Shown here in pieces: positions 19,323-27,400 of a stretch of DNA of 33,406 bases; positions within the stretch are counted from its first letter, which is position 1, and each line of letters starts with the position of its first letter. Origin of the DNA: an uncultured Clostridiaceae bacterium. Lineage in GTDB: Bacteria; Bacillota; Clostridia; DUPQ01. The position numbers were made by a program, and so were the translations under genes. The notes under the pieces are model-generated. The model saw only the letters and a program-made list of their open reading frames with translations. It searched no databases and had not been told where the DNA came from. The stretch spans positions 1-33,406 of the forward strand of contig CAZWVS010000003.1 in the NCBI GenBank assembly GCA_964636935.1. Direction: 5' to 3'.

Positions 19323-19372
19323 CTCCTCATATATTATACTATAGAAAGCAAATAGTTAAGGAGAGTGCTTAT

Positions 19373-21274
19373 ATGAAACCCGTTAAATTGGAGAATGTCA
19401 GGTTTACGGAAGGCTATTGGAAACAGCGTACGGAGGTCAACGAAACCGTTACACTCAACACCGAATATGAACAGCTTAAAACAACCGGGAGACTGGATAC
19501 TTTCAAACAGCTGTGGCGGCCGGGCATGGACAAAGAGCCCCACCCTTTCTGGGATTCGGATGTGGCCAAATGGATCGAAGCCTGCTCATATAGTCTTTTA
19601 ATAAAGAAGGATGAAGTCTTGATATCGAAAATCGAAGAAGTCATCGACGACATGGAAGCGGCTCAGTGGGAGGACGGATACCTTAACAGCTACTATTCCG
19701 TCATGAATCCGACCGGCAGGTGGACCGACCTTTTCAGGATGCACGAACTGTATTGCGCGGGACATTTGATAGAGGCTGCGGTCGCCTATTATCAAGCTAC
19801 CGGGAAAGACAGGTTTTTGAAAATAATGTGCCGGTACGCGGATCACATAGATTCTGTTTTCGGCAGCGAAATAGGCAAGCTTCACGGTTATCCGGGACAC
19901 GAGGAAATAGAACTTGCCCTTGTAAAGCTGTACGAAACCACAGGGGTGGAAAAATACCTGAACCTTGCGGGATACTTCATAACCGAACGGGGCAAACAGC
20001 CGTCATACTACGTAAAAGAACAGGAAAAACTCGAATATGACAAACCCTTTTATCATAAGGGCACGGTAAAGCCTTTCGCCTATATACAGGCGCACGAGCC
20101 CTTAAAGGATCAGCAGACCATAGAGGGGCATTCCGTTCGGGCTTTGTATTTCCTGGCGGGAGCGGCCGATGTTGCGGACAGGACCGGCGACATGGAGCTT
20201 CTTCAAGCCTGCGAACGGCTTTATGACAACATGACCCGGAAACGGATGTATATAACCGGCGGCATAGGGGACACCCCCGACATCGAAAGGTTCTCCTACG
20301 ACTACAATCTTCCAAACGAAAGGGCGTATGCGGAAACCTGCGCTTCCATAGCATCTGTTTTCTTCTGCAACCGCATGCTTAATATAACGGGAGACGGAAA
20401 ATACGCCGACACGATGGAACTCACCCTTTACAACGGGGTGATGTCGGGCGTCAATCTGGAGGGGACCAAGTTCTTCTACTCGAACCCTCTTGCAGTGGAG
20501 GAAGATGCGGTGCTTGAAGAAACGCTGGAATTCAAACCTCAGATGGGCTATGTAAGAAAGGAATGGTTCGGTTGCGCATGCTGTCCTCCCAATCTTGCCC
20601 GGTTGCTTTCTTCCCTGGGGCAGTACTTCTACTCCGTGGACTGTGACGGGATCCATGTCAATCTGTACGGTTCGGGAAAGGCAAGCTTCGAAAATTTCTC
20701 TATTGAGCAGAAGACAAACTATCCGTGGGATGGGAAAGTCCGCATATCCTTCTCGTCCGACGGATCTGTAAAAACCCGCATAAGCCTCAGGATTCCCGGC
20801 TGGTGCGATTCCCATGCCATCAAATTGAACGGCCGGACCTTGGATTTTGAAATCGATAGGGGTTATGTGCGCATGGAAAGGGAATGGGATGACGGAGACG
20901 AAATCGAGCTGGTCATGGATATGCCGGTATTGAAAATGCAGGCTCATCCCCATGTCCGCCACGATACGGGGAAACTGGCGCTCAAAAAAGGCCCGGTTGT
21001 GTACTGTATCGAAGAGGCGGACAACGGGAAACATCTTTCCGCTATCGCCGTTAAGACCGGTGATGTTTTAAAACCGGTCTATGATCCGGATTTCCTTGGT
21101 GGATGCGATTATCTTGAAGGTCCTGCCTATAGGTTGTCCGAGTCCGGTTTTGAAGAGCGTCTGTACAAGCCCTATTCGCCGGAATATGAAAAAATCTCCA
21201 TCAAGGCCATACCTTATTCTTTGTGGACCAACAGGAAACCCGGTGACATGACCGTATGGATCAATGCGGTCTGA
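19373..21274 (+). CDS. GH127 beta-L-arabinofuranosidase-like protein (DUF1680)
   Basis: It has the GH127 Cys/Glu metal-site motifs (AYAETCASIA and WFGCACCPPNLARLL). It is about 630 aa. AAGGAGAG lies upstream. Confidence 0.9.
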   Translation: MKPVKLENVRFTEGYWKQRTEVNETVTLNTEYEQLKTTGRLDTFKQLWRPGMDKEPHPFWDSDVAKWIEACSYSLLIKKDEVLISKIEEVIDDMEAAQWEDGYLNSYYSVMNPTGRWTDLFRMHELYCAGHLIEAAVAYYQATGKDRFLKIMCRYADHIDSVFGSEIGKLHGYPGHEEIELALVKLYETTGVEKYLNLAGYFITERGKQPSYYVKEQEKLEYDKPFYHKGTVKPFAYIQAHEPLKDQQTIEGHSVRALYFLAGAADVADRTGDMELLQACERLYDNMTRKRMYITGGIGDTPDIERFSYDYNLPNERAYAETCASIASVFFCNRMLNITGDGKYADTMELTLYNGVMSGVNLEGTKFFYSNPLAVEEDAVLEETLEFKPQMGYVRKEWFGCACCPPNLARLLSSLGQYFYSVDCDGIHVNLYGSGKASFENFSIEQKTNYPWDGKVRISFSSDGSVKTRISLRIPGWCDSHAIKLNGRTLDFEIDRGYVRMEREWDDGDEIELVMDMPVLKMQAHPHVRHDTGKLALKKGPVVYCIEEADNGKHLSAIAVKTGDVLKPVYDPDFLGGCDYLEGPAYRLSESGFEERLYKPYSPEYEKISIKAIPYSLWTNRKPGDMTVWINAV

Positions 21275-21294
21275 TCGGATATGAAAACAGCAAA

Positions 21295-21340
21295 AAGGAA
21301 AACCTCGTTTTAAAATGCGAAAATGAGGTTTTCCTTATAT
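21295..21340. terminator. bidirectional terminator
   Basis: A 12-bp stem, AAGGAAAACCTC ... GAGGTTTTCCTT, sits between convergent genes. Confidence 0.75.
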
Positions 21341-21346
21341 TGGGAT

Positions 21347-22120
21347 TTATCCGGTTTTCTGATTCTCCGGTTTTACAGCCGCAGCAATGGCCGATATAAG
21401 AACAATTGAAACAACCAGCTCGGGGACGCCGTTTGTGATCCCCGCTGTTGCAAGTATGTCCGCAATGGCTTTCCTGCTGGTTTCAAACAATTCCGCAAAA
21501 AGATTGCCGAAAAAGATGTATGCCAGACCGAGGAAAAGCACCGTGTTGGTAAGTGTGCCTATTCCCGCAGCCAAAACAACAGGAAGACTCTTTTTACCGA
21601 TTGTGAGCCCCATCCATATCCCGACACCGATTATTGCGACGATGAGTATTATGTACATATAGTAAGCCTGACCGGTGTTTATCATCTCTATCAACTTATA
21701 TATGGAGAATGCAAGCATTCCCGTCCCTACAATCGCCAATATCACCAATGAGGTTGTCCTCGGGATTTTTTTTGCCCCCCTGTAAGCCAGGGCGGCTGTC
21801 AATCCTATTAGCACCCTCGGCACAATCGCATTGACGCCTATCAGAAAATAGTTGCTCGCCTCGCCTGTCGCCCACACGGGTCCAAATGTAAGGTCCCCCG
21901 GAGCCTGCAACACACTCATGATTCCAAAAACCAGCCCGACGCTCATGCCGACATAAGGCCCGCCATAAATGGCACCTATGATCACCGGTATGTGAAGTAT
22001 GGTAAGTTTCATCGGCCCCAAGGGGATAAAACCGAGGGGGGTCACCCCGAGTACGACGACTATTGCCCCCAGCATTGCCGAAAGCACCAGTCTATAGGTT
22101 CTTTTTGAATGATTAGTCAT
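21347..22120 (-). CDS. ECF-transporter S-component-like membrane protein, substrate unknown
   Basis: It is a multi-TM protein of 257 aa. The N-terminus LVLSAMLGAIVVVLGVTPLGFIPLGPMKLTILHIPVIIGAIYGGPYVG is typical of vitamin-type S components. No ECF A/T genes are nearby. GGAGG lies 6 nt upstream. Confidence 0.6.
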   Translation of the reverse strand: MTNHSKRTYRLVLSAMLGAIVVVLGVTPLGFIPLGPMKLTILHIPVIIGAIYGGPYVGMSVGLVFGIMSVLQAPGDLTFGPVWATGEASNYFLIGVNAIVPRVLIGLTAALAYRGAKKIPRTTSLVILAIVGTGMLAFSIYKLIEMINTGQAYYMYIILIVAIIGVGIWMGLTIGKKSLPVVLAAGIGTLTNTVLFLGLAYIFFGNLFAELFETSRKAIADILATAGITNGVPELVVSIVLISAIAAAVKPENQKTG

Positions 22121-22211
22121 AATCTACCTCCGCTTCAGCTCCCTTGCGGGATGCCGATCGAAATAATGTGATTTCGATAATATTTTTGTCCGGCTCCCAA
22201 AGGATGCCGGC
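22121..22211 (-). promoter_or_regulatory. structured 5' leader of about 90 nt: two near-identical bulged-A hairpins flanking a third perfect hairpin
   Basis: On the minus strand, hairpin 1 is CCGGC-A-UCC-UUUG-GGA-GCCGG (22190-22210). Hairpin 3 is AUCGAAAU-CACAUU-AUUUCGAU (22157-22178). Hairpin 2 is CGGC-A-UCCC-GCAA-GGGA-GCUG (22136-22156), 10 nt before the RBS. Confidence 0.5.
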
Positions 22212-22217
22212 AAATGC

Positions 22218-22246
22218 ACTATAGCACACACACGTCCCACTTTCAA
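22218..22246 (-). promoter_or_regulatory. sigma-A-type promoter of the ECF S-component gene
   Basis: The minus strand reads TTGAAA, a 17-nt spacer, then TATAGT. The predicted TSS at about 22211 coincides with the first leader hairpin. Confidence 0.6.
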
Positions 22247-22520
22247 GCGCATTAACCGTTTGCCTCGGGGTTTTTAGTTAACCATTTGTCCGAGGCATTT
22301 GGTTGACTTTTTGTCCGAGGCATTTGGTTGACTTTTTGCCCGGAGCATTTGGTTGACTTTTTGCCCGGGGCATTTGGTTGACTGTTTGCCCGGGGCATTT
22401 GGTTGACTGTTTGCCCGGGGCATTTGGTTGACTGTTTACCCGGGGCATTTGGTTGACTGTTTACCCGAGGCATTTGGTTGACTGTTTACCCGAGGCAAAT
22501 GGTCGACGTTTTTCCCAAAA
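22246..22520. repeat. 25-bp head-to-tail tandem repeat array with 8 well-conserved and 2-3 degenerate flanking copies
   Basis: Units start at 22296, 22321, 22346, 22371, 22396, 22421, 22446 and 22471. Each begins with the invariant CATTTGGTTGACT. Degenerate copies lie at 22246, 22271 and 22496. Confidence 0.95.
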
Positions 22521-22680
22521 GCGGGCGGAAATTGAGGCTGCGGGGGAACGCAGCCTCTTGTGATGGTTATATATTGGGATAAGAATGTTTCTCCTGTATA
22601 GTATCCCAATAATGTGGATAATTTGTCTTTTAAATATGAACAATTTATTAATATGGCTGCTCCAAAATATTTTTGCTTAT

Positions 22681-22708
22681 ATGAAAACAAGACTGCGGGG
22701 GTGCAGCC
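22681..22708 (-). terminator. probable terminator of the lysE-like operon
   Basis: On the minus strand, GGCUGC-ACCCCC-GCAGUC is followed by UUGUUUUC. It lies about 100 nt downstream of the stop at 22808. Confidence 0.5.
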
Positions 22709-22807
22709 TTGTCGAGGGGAATTAGTTTGGTCTTTCTTAGAATGTACTCTCATTATAGATGCCAATTGTGAACATATTATTATGAATATATTAATAAACT
22801 GTTAACT

Positions 22808-23437
22808 TTACAGAATCAAAACCGCCCTCACAATGAAACTGATGCCAAGTCCCAGAACAGCGACCCCCAGTATCCCTGCGAATATCCTGTGCCTTTTTTC
22901 ATTCATAAACCTTCTGGTTTTGGATACTGCGACGGAAACAAACATATACCAGGTGAAATCGGCTGTTATGTGGCCGATATAAAAAATCATGGCTCCCAAT
23001 ACCCCGAACAGCACATACGCCTCCGATATAAGGCCTATCCCGACCACAGCCCACCATAAGAGAAAATAGGGGTTTGCTCCGGACAGCACAGCCCCTTTCA
23101 CTACGGGATTGTCCCTTTTCAGGTTTTCATTTTTCGTGTCGACGGCAAGCCTGTTTCCCAATGAATCACTGATCATCGTGTACGACATCCAGCATAAAAA
23201 CAGTCCTCCCGCAAAACCCGTGGTGATCTGAACCGCGTCGGACGCAATAAACTCACCTGCGCCGAAAATCAAAGCGGCGACAACCGCAAGTTCAAGAAGC
23301 GCATGTCCCGAAGCTGCAAGAAATCCTGAATTCGCCCCCTTGCGCATGCTCCTGTCGACTACATATGCGAAAAGCGAGCCGGGCATAACAGCTCCCGAAT
23401 AACCTATTACAAGTGATTTCGCAAAAATCCACAACAT
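22808..23437 (-). CDS. LysE/RhtB-family amino-acid or metabolite exporter
   Basis: It is a 209-aa protein with about 6 TMs. The N-terminus SLVIGYSGAVMPGSLFAYVV is typical of the LysE family. The start overlaps the upstream stop (TAATG). Confidence 0.8.
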   Translation of the reverse strand: MLWIFAKSLVIGYSGAVMPGSLFAYVVDRSMRKGANSGFLAASGHALLELAVVAALIFGAGEFIASDAVQITTGFAGGLFLCWMSYTMISDSLGNRLAVDTKNENLKRDNPVVKGAVLSGANPYFLLWWAVVGIGLISEAYVLFGVLGAMIFYIGHITADFTWYMFVSVAVSKTRRFMNEKRHRIFAGILGVAVLGLGISFIVRAVLIL

Positions 23438-24432
23438 TATTCAAACACCTTTGCCCGATTGTCTTTTCCAATATTTTTCAATTCATGTCTGATCTCTTCC
23501 ATAATTTTCACAACCCCCAGATCGTTTTCCACGCTAAAAGGGGGTTTTTCGCCTTTTCTGAGCGCATCATAAAAATTGCTGTGTTCGAAATAAAAGCCGG
23601 AATTCACAAACTGTTCTGCATCAGCAGGGATGTATCCGTCTTTTTCGGCTCCATTTGCATAACGGATTATACCGCCCGGATAATCCACATTCCCCCAGAC
23701 AGGAATTTTTACAAACCAGGTTTCGCCAGGCAATGTGACCCTGGCGCGTTCGATGTTCAGCCCGCCGTCGGGAATCAAATTCACACAGACCCGGGCTCCC
23801 GACTCCATGCCCCCGGCAATGTATATGTTTCCAACCCCTCCGGATCCTTTGTCGACAGTTATCCCATATTCAAAAAACCCGCATCCGGCTATGAATTGAA
23901 CTGCGTCCACCGCATGTATCGCAGTTGTCGAAAAATCAATGTCCTTCCTACCGGTTCTGATGAAATCGTATCGTATGTCGGTTATGGAGTCCCTTCCGGC
24001 TTCATCAAGCAACGAGGCAAGTTTCATCATGACGGGCATGTGCCTTCTGTTGAACGCGGTCATAGCGGCTGTTCCATTCTCCCTGACCGCCTTGATTATC
24101 CTTTCACATTCACCGGTGTCCATTCCCGGGGGTTTTTCCAATATGAGGTCGAAACCCATTTCAGCGATTTGAATCGCCAGACATGCGGTTTTGTCCACAG
24201 GCACAGCCAGGCTCACCGCATCGGGCATTTCAATCTGCAACATCCGCCGCACATCTGTATAGCTTTTCAAAAAGCCGAAATCGGATGCGAAACCCTCGGC
24301 CCCGGTTGCGTCATTGTCACAGCAGCCCGCCAGAATAGTGTTTTGTTTTTCAGCTGCGTATTTGGAAAGCGCCGGCCCGTGGCCGACTTTCGATATTGCG
24401 CCGCAACCTATGTGGCAAATTTTAAAATCCAT
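23437..24432 (-). CDS. Gfo/Idh/MocA-family NAD(P)-dependent oxidoreductase
   Basis: It has ICHIGCGAIS (Rossmann) and LILEKPPG. GGAGGA lies upstream. The start sits 11 nt inside the end of the 1107-aa gene. Confidence 0.8.
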   Translation of the reverse strand: MDFKICHIGCGAISKVGHGPALSKYAAEKQNTILAGCCDNDATGAEGFASDFGFLKSYTDVRRMLQIEMPDAVSLAVPVDKTACLAIQIAEMGFDLILEKPPGMDTGECERIIKAVRENGTAAMTAFNRRHMPVMMKLASLLDEAGRDSITDIRYDFIRTGRKDIDFSTTAIHAVDAVQFIAGCGFFEYGITVDKGSGGVGNIYIAGGMESGARVCVNLIPDGGLNIERARVTLPGETWFVKIPVWGNVDYPGGIIRYANGAEKDGYIPADAEQFVNSGFYFEHSNFYDALRKGEKPPFSVENDLGVVKIMEEIRHELKNIGKDNRAKVFE

Positions 24433-27400
24433 CTTCCTCCGCTTCCTTCATGACGCTGTATATCCCCTTTTCATGTATCATCATCAGCCGGTCTTCAAAG
24501 TTCCTGATGGCGATCGACCTCATTGAATCCATTGACATTGTAATGACCTTTCCCTGCTCCGTAAGCCTGCACATTGTGCCCTCGGACTGTATCACAAACA
24601 ACCCGTTTTCCGTTTTTTCTATGTGTCTAACGCCTTCATAAAGGGATGAAAACCACTTTTCCAAGCCATCCGTATCAAATGCAAAGAGGAAACCCAACGA
24701 TGTGCCCGCGTATATGATACCGTCGCTTTCACACAAGGCTGTAACGGAACCGGCCAGGCTTTTTGAGAAAACCTCTTCAAACCCACCCTCCGAATATCTT
24801 AAAAGTGTCAGGTTCTGGTTTCTGTTTGTCCCGTGAGCAATATACCGTGTACCGTTTCGCTCAAAAACCTTCATGGAGGATGTATAGCTTGTCCAGCCCG
24901 CTCCAATTTCCGGAGTCGGTCTGTATTTGAGTCCGCCTTTCATATCGACAACCTCTATCTGTGAATACGCACTCAGTATCCCCCCTGAAACCACCAGTTC
25001 GTCGCTTCCGTCCCCGTCGATGTCGAATACAAGTATCCTGGCGGGTACCGCCGCCCTTAAATAATAGGTCCATATTTCTTCCCCGTCACGGTTATAGCAT
25101 CTTATGTGATTGTCGCCGCATCCCGCAAACACCAATCCGTTCGAAGCGGCAAGGGTTACGATCCTCTGACTCTCAAGCTCCCACCAGGGGAACATGGTGG
25201 GTATTCTCTCAAACTTCCTAATCCATATCCGGAACCCGTTTTTATAACAAGCCAGCTTGTCGTCGCCGATTCCCGCATATAGGAAGCCCCCGTCCATGCA
25301 CAACGCGAACACAGGGCCCTCTTCCTTCACTTTCCATTGAACCTCGCCGTCCGTTGAAAAAACGATGATTTCGCCCGCCACATCCCCTGCGGCATAACCG
25401 TTTTCATCCATGTCGAAGGACATGATGTCGGCCTTTCCTTCATGCTCGAGATTTGAGAAGAAATCGAAATCGACTTCTTCCTGCTCCATTCCGTCCTCCA
25501 TCCCGGGTTCCATTCCTTTCTGGAATTTTACAACCTTTTCAATCCCGTTTTTTTCAATCAGGACGCCTTCGGGAACAACCTTCGCCCTCCCCGGTCTTTC
25601 ATTCTCTTTTCCCACGGTTAAAAAATGCGTAAAGTGGAATTCATCGCCTTTTTGCATGCTTTTCACTTTTCCCGCTTTATAAGCGGTGACTTCGGGCCTG
25701 TTCACCCTGTATCTCTTCATAAACAGCTTGCGGTCGTCAAGACCGTCGAATTCCGGATTTTCCAGGCCGGGAGGCGTTCTGAACAAATGCGAGTAGTTTT
25801 GTTTCATGAACCCTTGAACCGTTTCATCGTCATTCAATGCGCCGAGTATGAAAGCTATGTTTTCGCCGTCTTCGTTTTCACGGATACAGACATATCCGTC
25901 TTCCTTTATCATCACTGAGCCCGGAGTCCTGAAATGAACCGTGGCGGAGAACTCCCCTTCTTGCTTGGCTTCCATATGGTCGTTGACCAATGTGCCTATC
26001 CCGGGAACAAAATACATCTCCCTTGTCCAGTCCATGCCGTTATTGTCGTATGAAAGCATCCTTACGTATGCCATGTCCTCATTTTCCCAACTCTCCTCAA
26101 TGGACATGAATGCCGGAATCGGCTTTCTTTTTCCGTTTCGGCTTATAGTGGCCATGTTATGGTTTTCCGGGTCCACATAAGCAAGCCTGTCTTCAGATAC
26201 CAGGAAGGGAACACCGTAAGCCGTAAAATCTATTATGGCTCCCGAGTCCGCATAGGAGTGTCCGCCTCCTCCTATGCCGTCGACAAGCATGAATTCGTCA
26301 TTTGCGTCCCATCCGGCCCTAAAGCTTATCTTGTCGAAACATTTTTCCATTTCACAGCCCGGCGGAGTATCCGTAACCTTGACCGCATATTTTGCCTCTT
26401 CCCTGTTCCACACATCATAAACCGCCTTGTCGACGGGGATTACCGTCATCAGGCCCGTATCGGGTTTTGAGGGTTCAACACCCTTGTCGAACTGCCTTAA
26501 CATCACCGAGTAGTCGCCGCAACTTGAATATTCGAAGGGCAGGATGTCGTTCACATATTTGAATTCACTGTTGTTGTAAACGGAGGCGGCAATCCTGAGG
26601 TTGAATCCCGCATGCTGCCTTCTGTAGCTCGCATCGCCGGCCGAAGCAAGCCATCCCATGTTGTTTGTAACAGCAAGGGCGCATTTGGCGGCTTTTAAAG
26701 CACCTTCGTTTTGGAAATATCTCTTTTGCGGGTCCAACAGGCCGTAATGCAGCATTACGGGCTGGGACAGCCACCATCCATGGCACAGCCCGTCGCACAC
26801 AGGCTTCCATCCTCCGTCAAAGTATGGTGCAAATACATTGTCGGCTTTTTTCTCCAATTCATCGACACCTTCCATGCCCGGATGATATGTGTCCATATAT
26901 CCGCATATCATCTTTATCCCAAGGGCGGGTATCAGTCCGTGATTGTTTCGGGGTATTCCCGAAGCCTGATACTCGTGTACATCTATGGCCCCAAGGCCCT
27001 CATCCCCCTTCGCCCAGTCCCAAAAGACCATCGGATATTCATGCGCGATGTCGTCGGATAGCATTCCGGCAACTTCCAGCAGCCGCCAAACAGTGAACCT
27101 GTTGTAGATCATAAGATGATGCCGGGGCATTGAAAGCATCTCCTTCATCGCATCCTCGTAGTCCTTCAGGACATCGCTGTTTCCGGTCAGATAAGCGAGA
27201 TATCCCTTACTATCAGGCCTGAAAGTGTAATAATATTCATCCTTTTTAGAATCCAGGACATCATTCATTATATGCGCGGCATACTCGTCAGGAATGTGCA
27301 GCCTGGAAGGGTTTATATCACTTGCATATTCGATTGTCTCCCCTACCATGGTCTCAAACCGTTTGACTGCGCTTTCCAGCCCTTCCCGGTCCGAGTATCC

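Noticed and set aside
22136-22210. Guanidine-II (mini-ykkC) riboswitch, because of the two tandem small hairpins
   Set aside because: The loops are UUUG and GCAA rather than the conserved ACGR. The downstream gene is an ECF S-component rather than an SMR or guanidine exporter.
22246-22520. Possible CRISPR array
   Set aside because: The units are contiguous with a 25-bp period and no unique spacers between them. No cas genes or leader-like arrangement are present in the window.
22252-22765. Minus-strand ORFs through the repeat array (73, 109 and 60 aa, for example MPRVNSQPNAPGKQSTKCPGQTVNQ repeats)
   Set aside because: They exist only because the 25-bp unit lacks stops. The period is not a multiple of 3, so all three frames are read in turn. 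They have no RBS, and they overlap the mapped promoter and leader of the neighbouring gene.
22614-22805. 63-aa Cys-containing ORF as a possible RiPP or small-protein precursor
   Set aside because: It has a GTG start with no Shine-Dalgarno. Its AT-rich composition explains the residue content. No maturation genes (radical SAM, cyclodehydratase, peptidase or ABC exporter) are nearby.
23413-24453. 346-aa plus-strand ORF almost exactly co-extensive with the Gfo/Idh/MocA gene
   Set aside because: It is the antisense frame of a gene with clear family motifs. The translated sequence has no recognisable motifs and an odd His/Phe/Cys/Arg-rich composition. There is no RBS. The same applies to the antisense ORFs 20102..21034, 9183..9845, 8547..9032 and 15017..15589.
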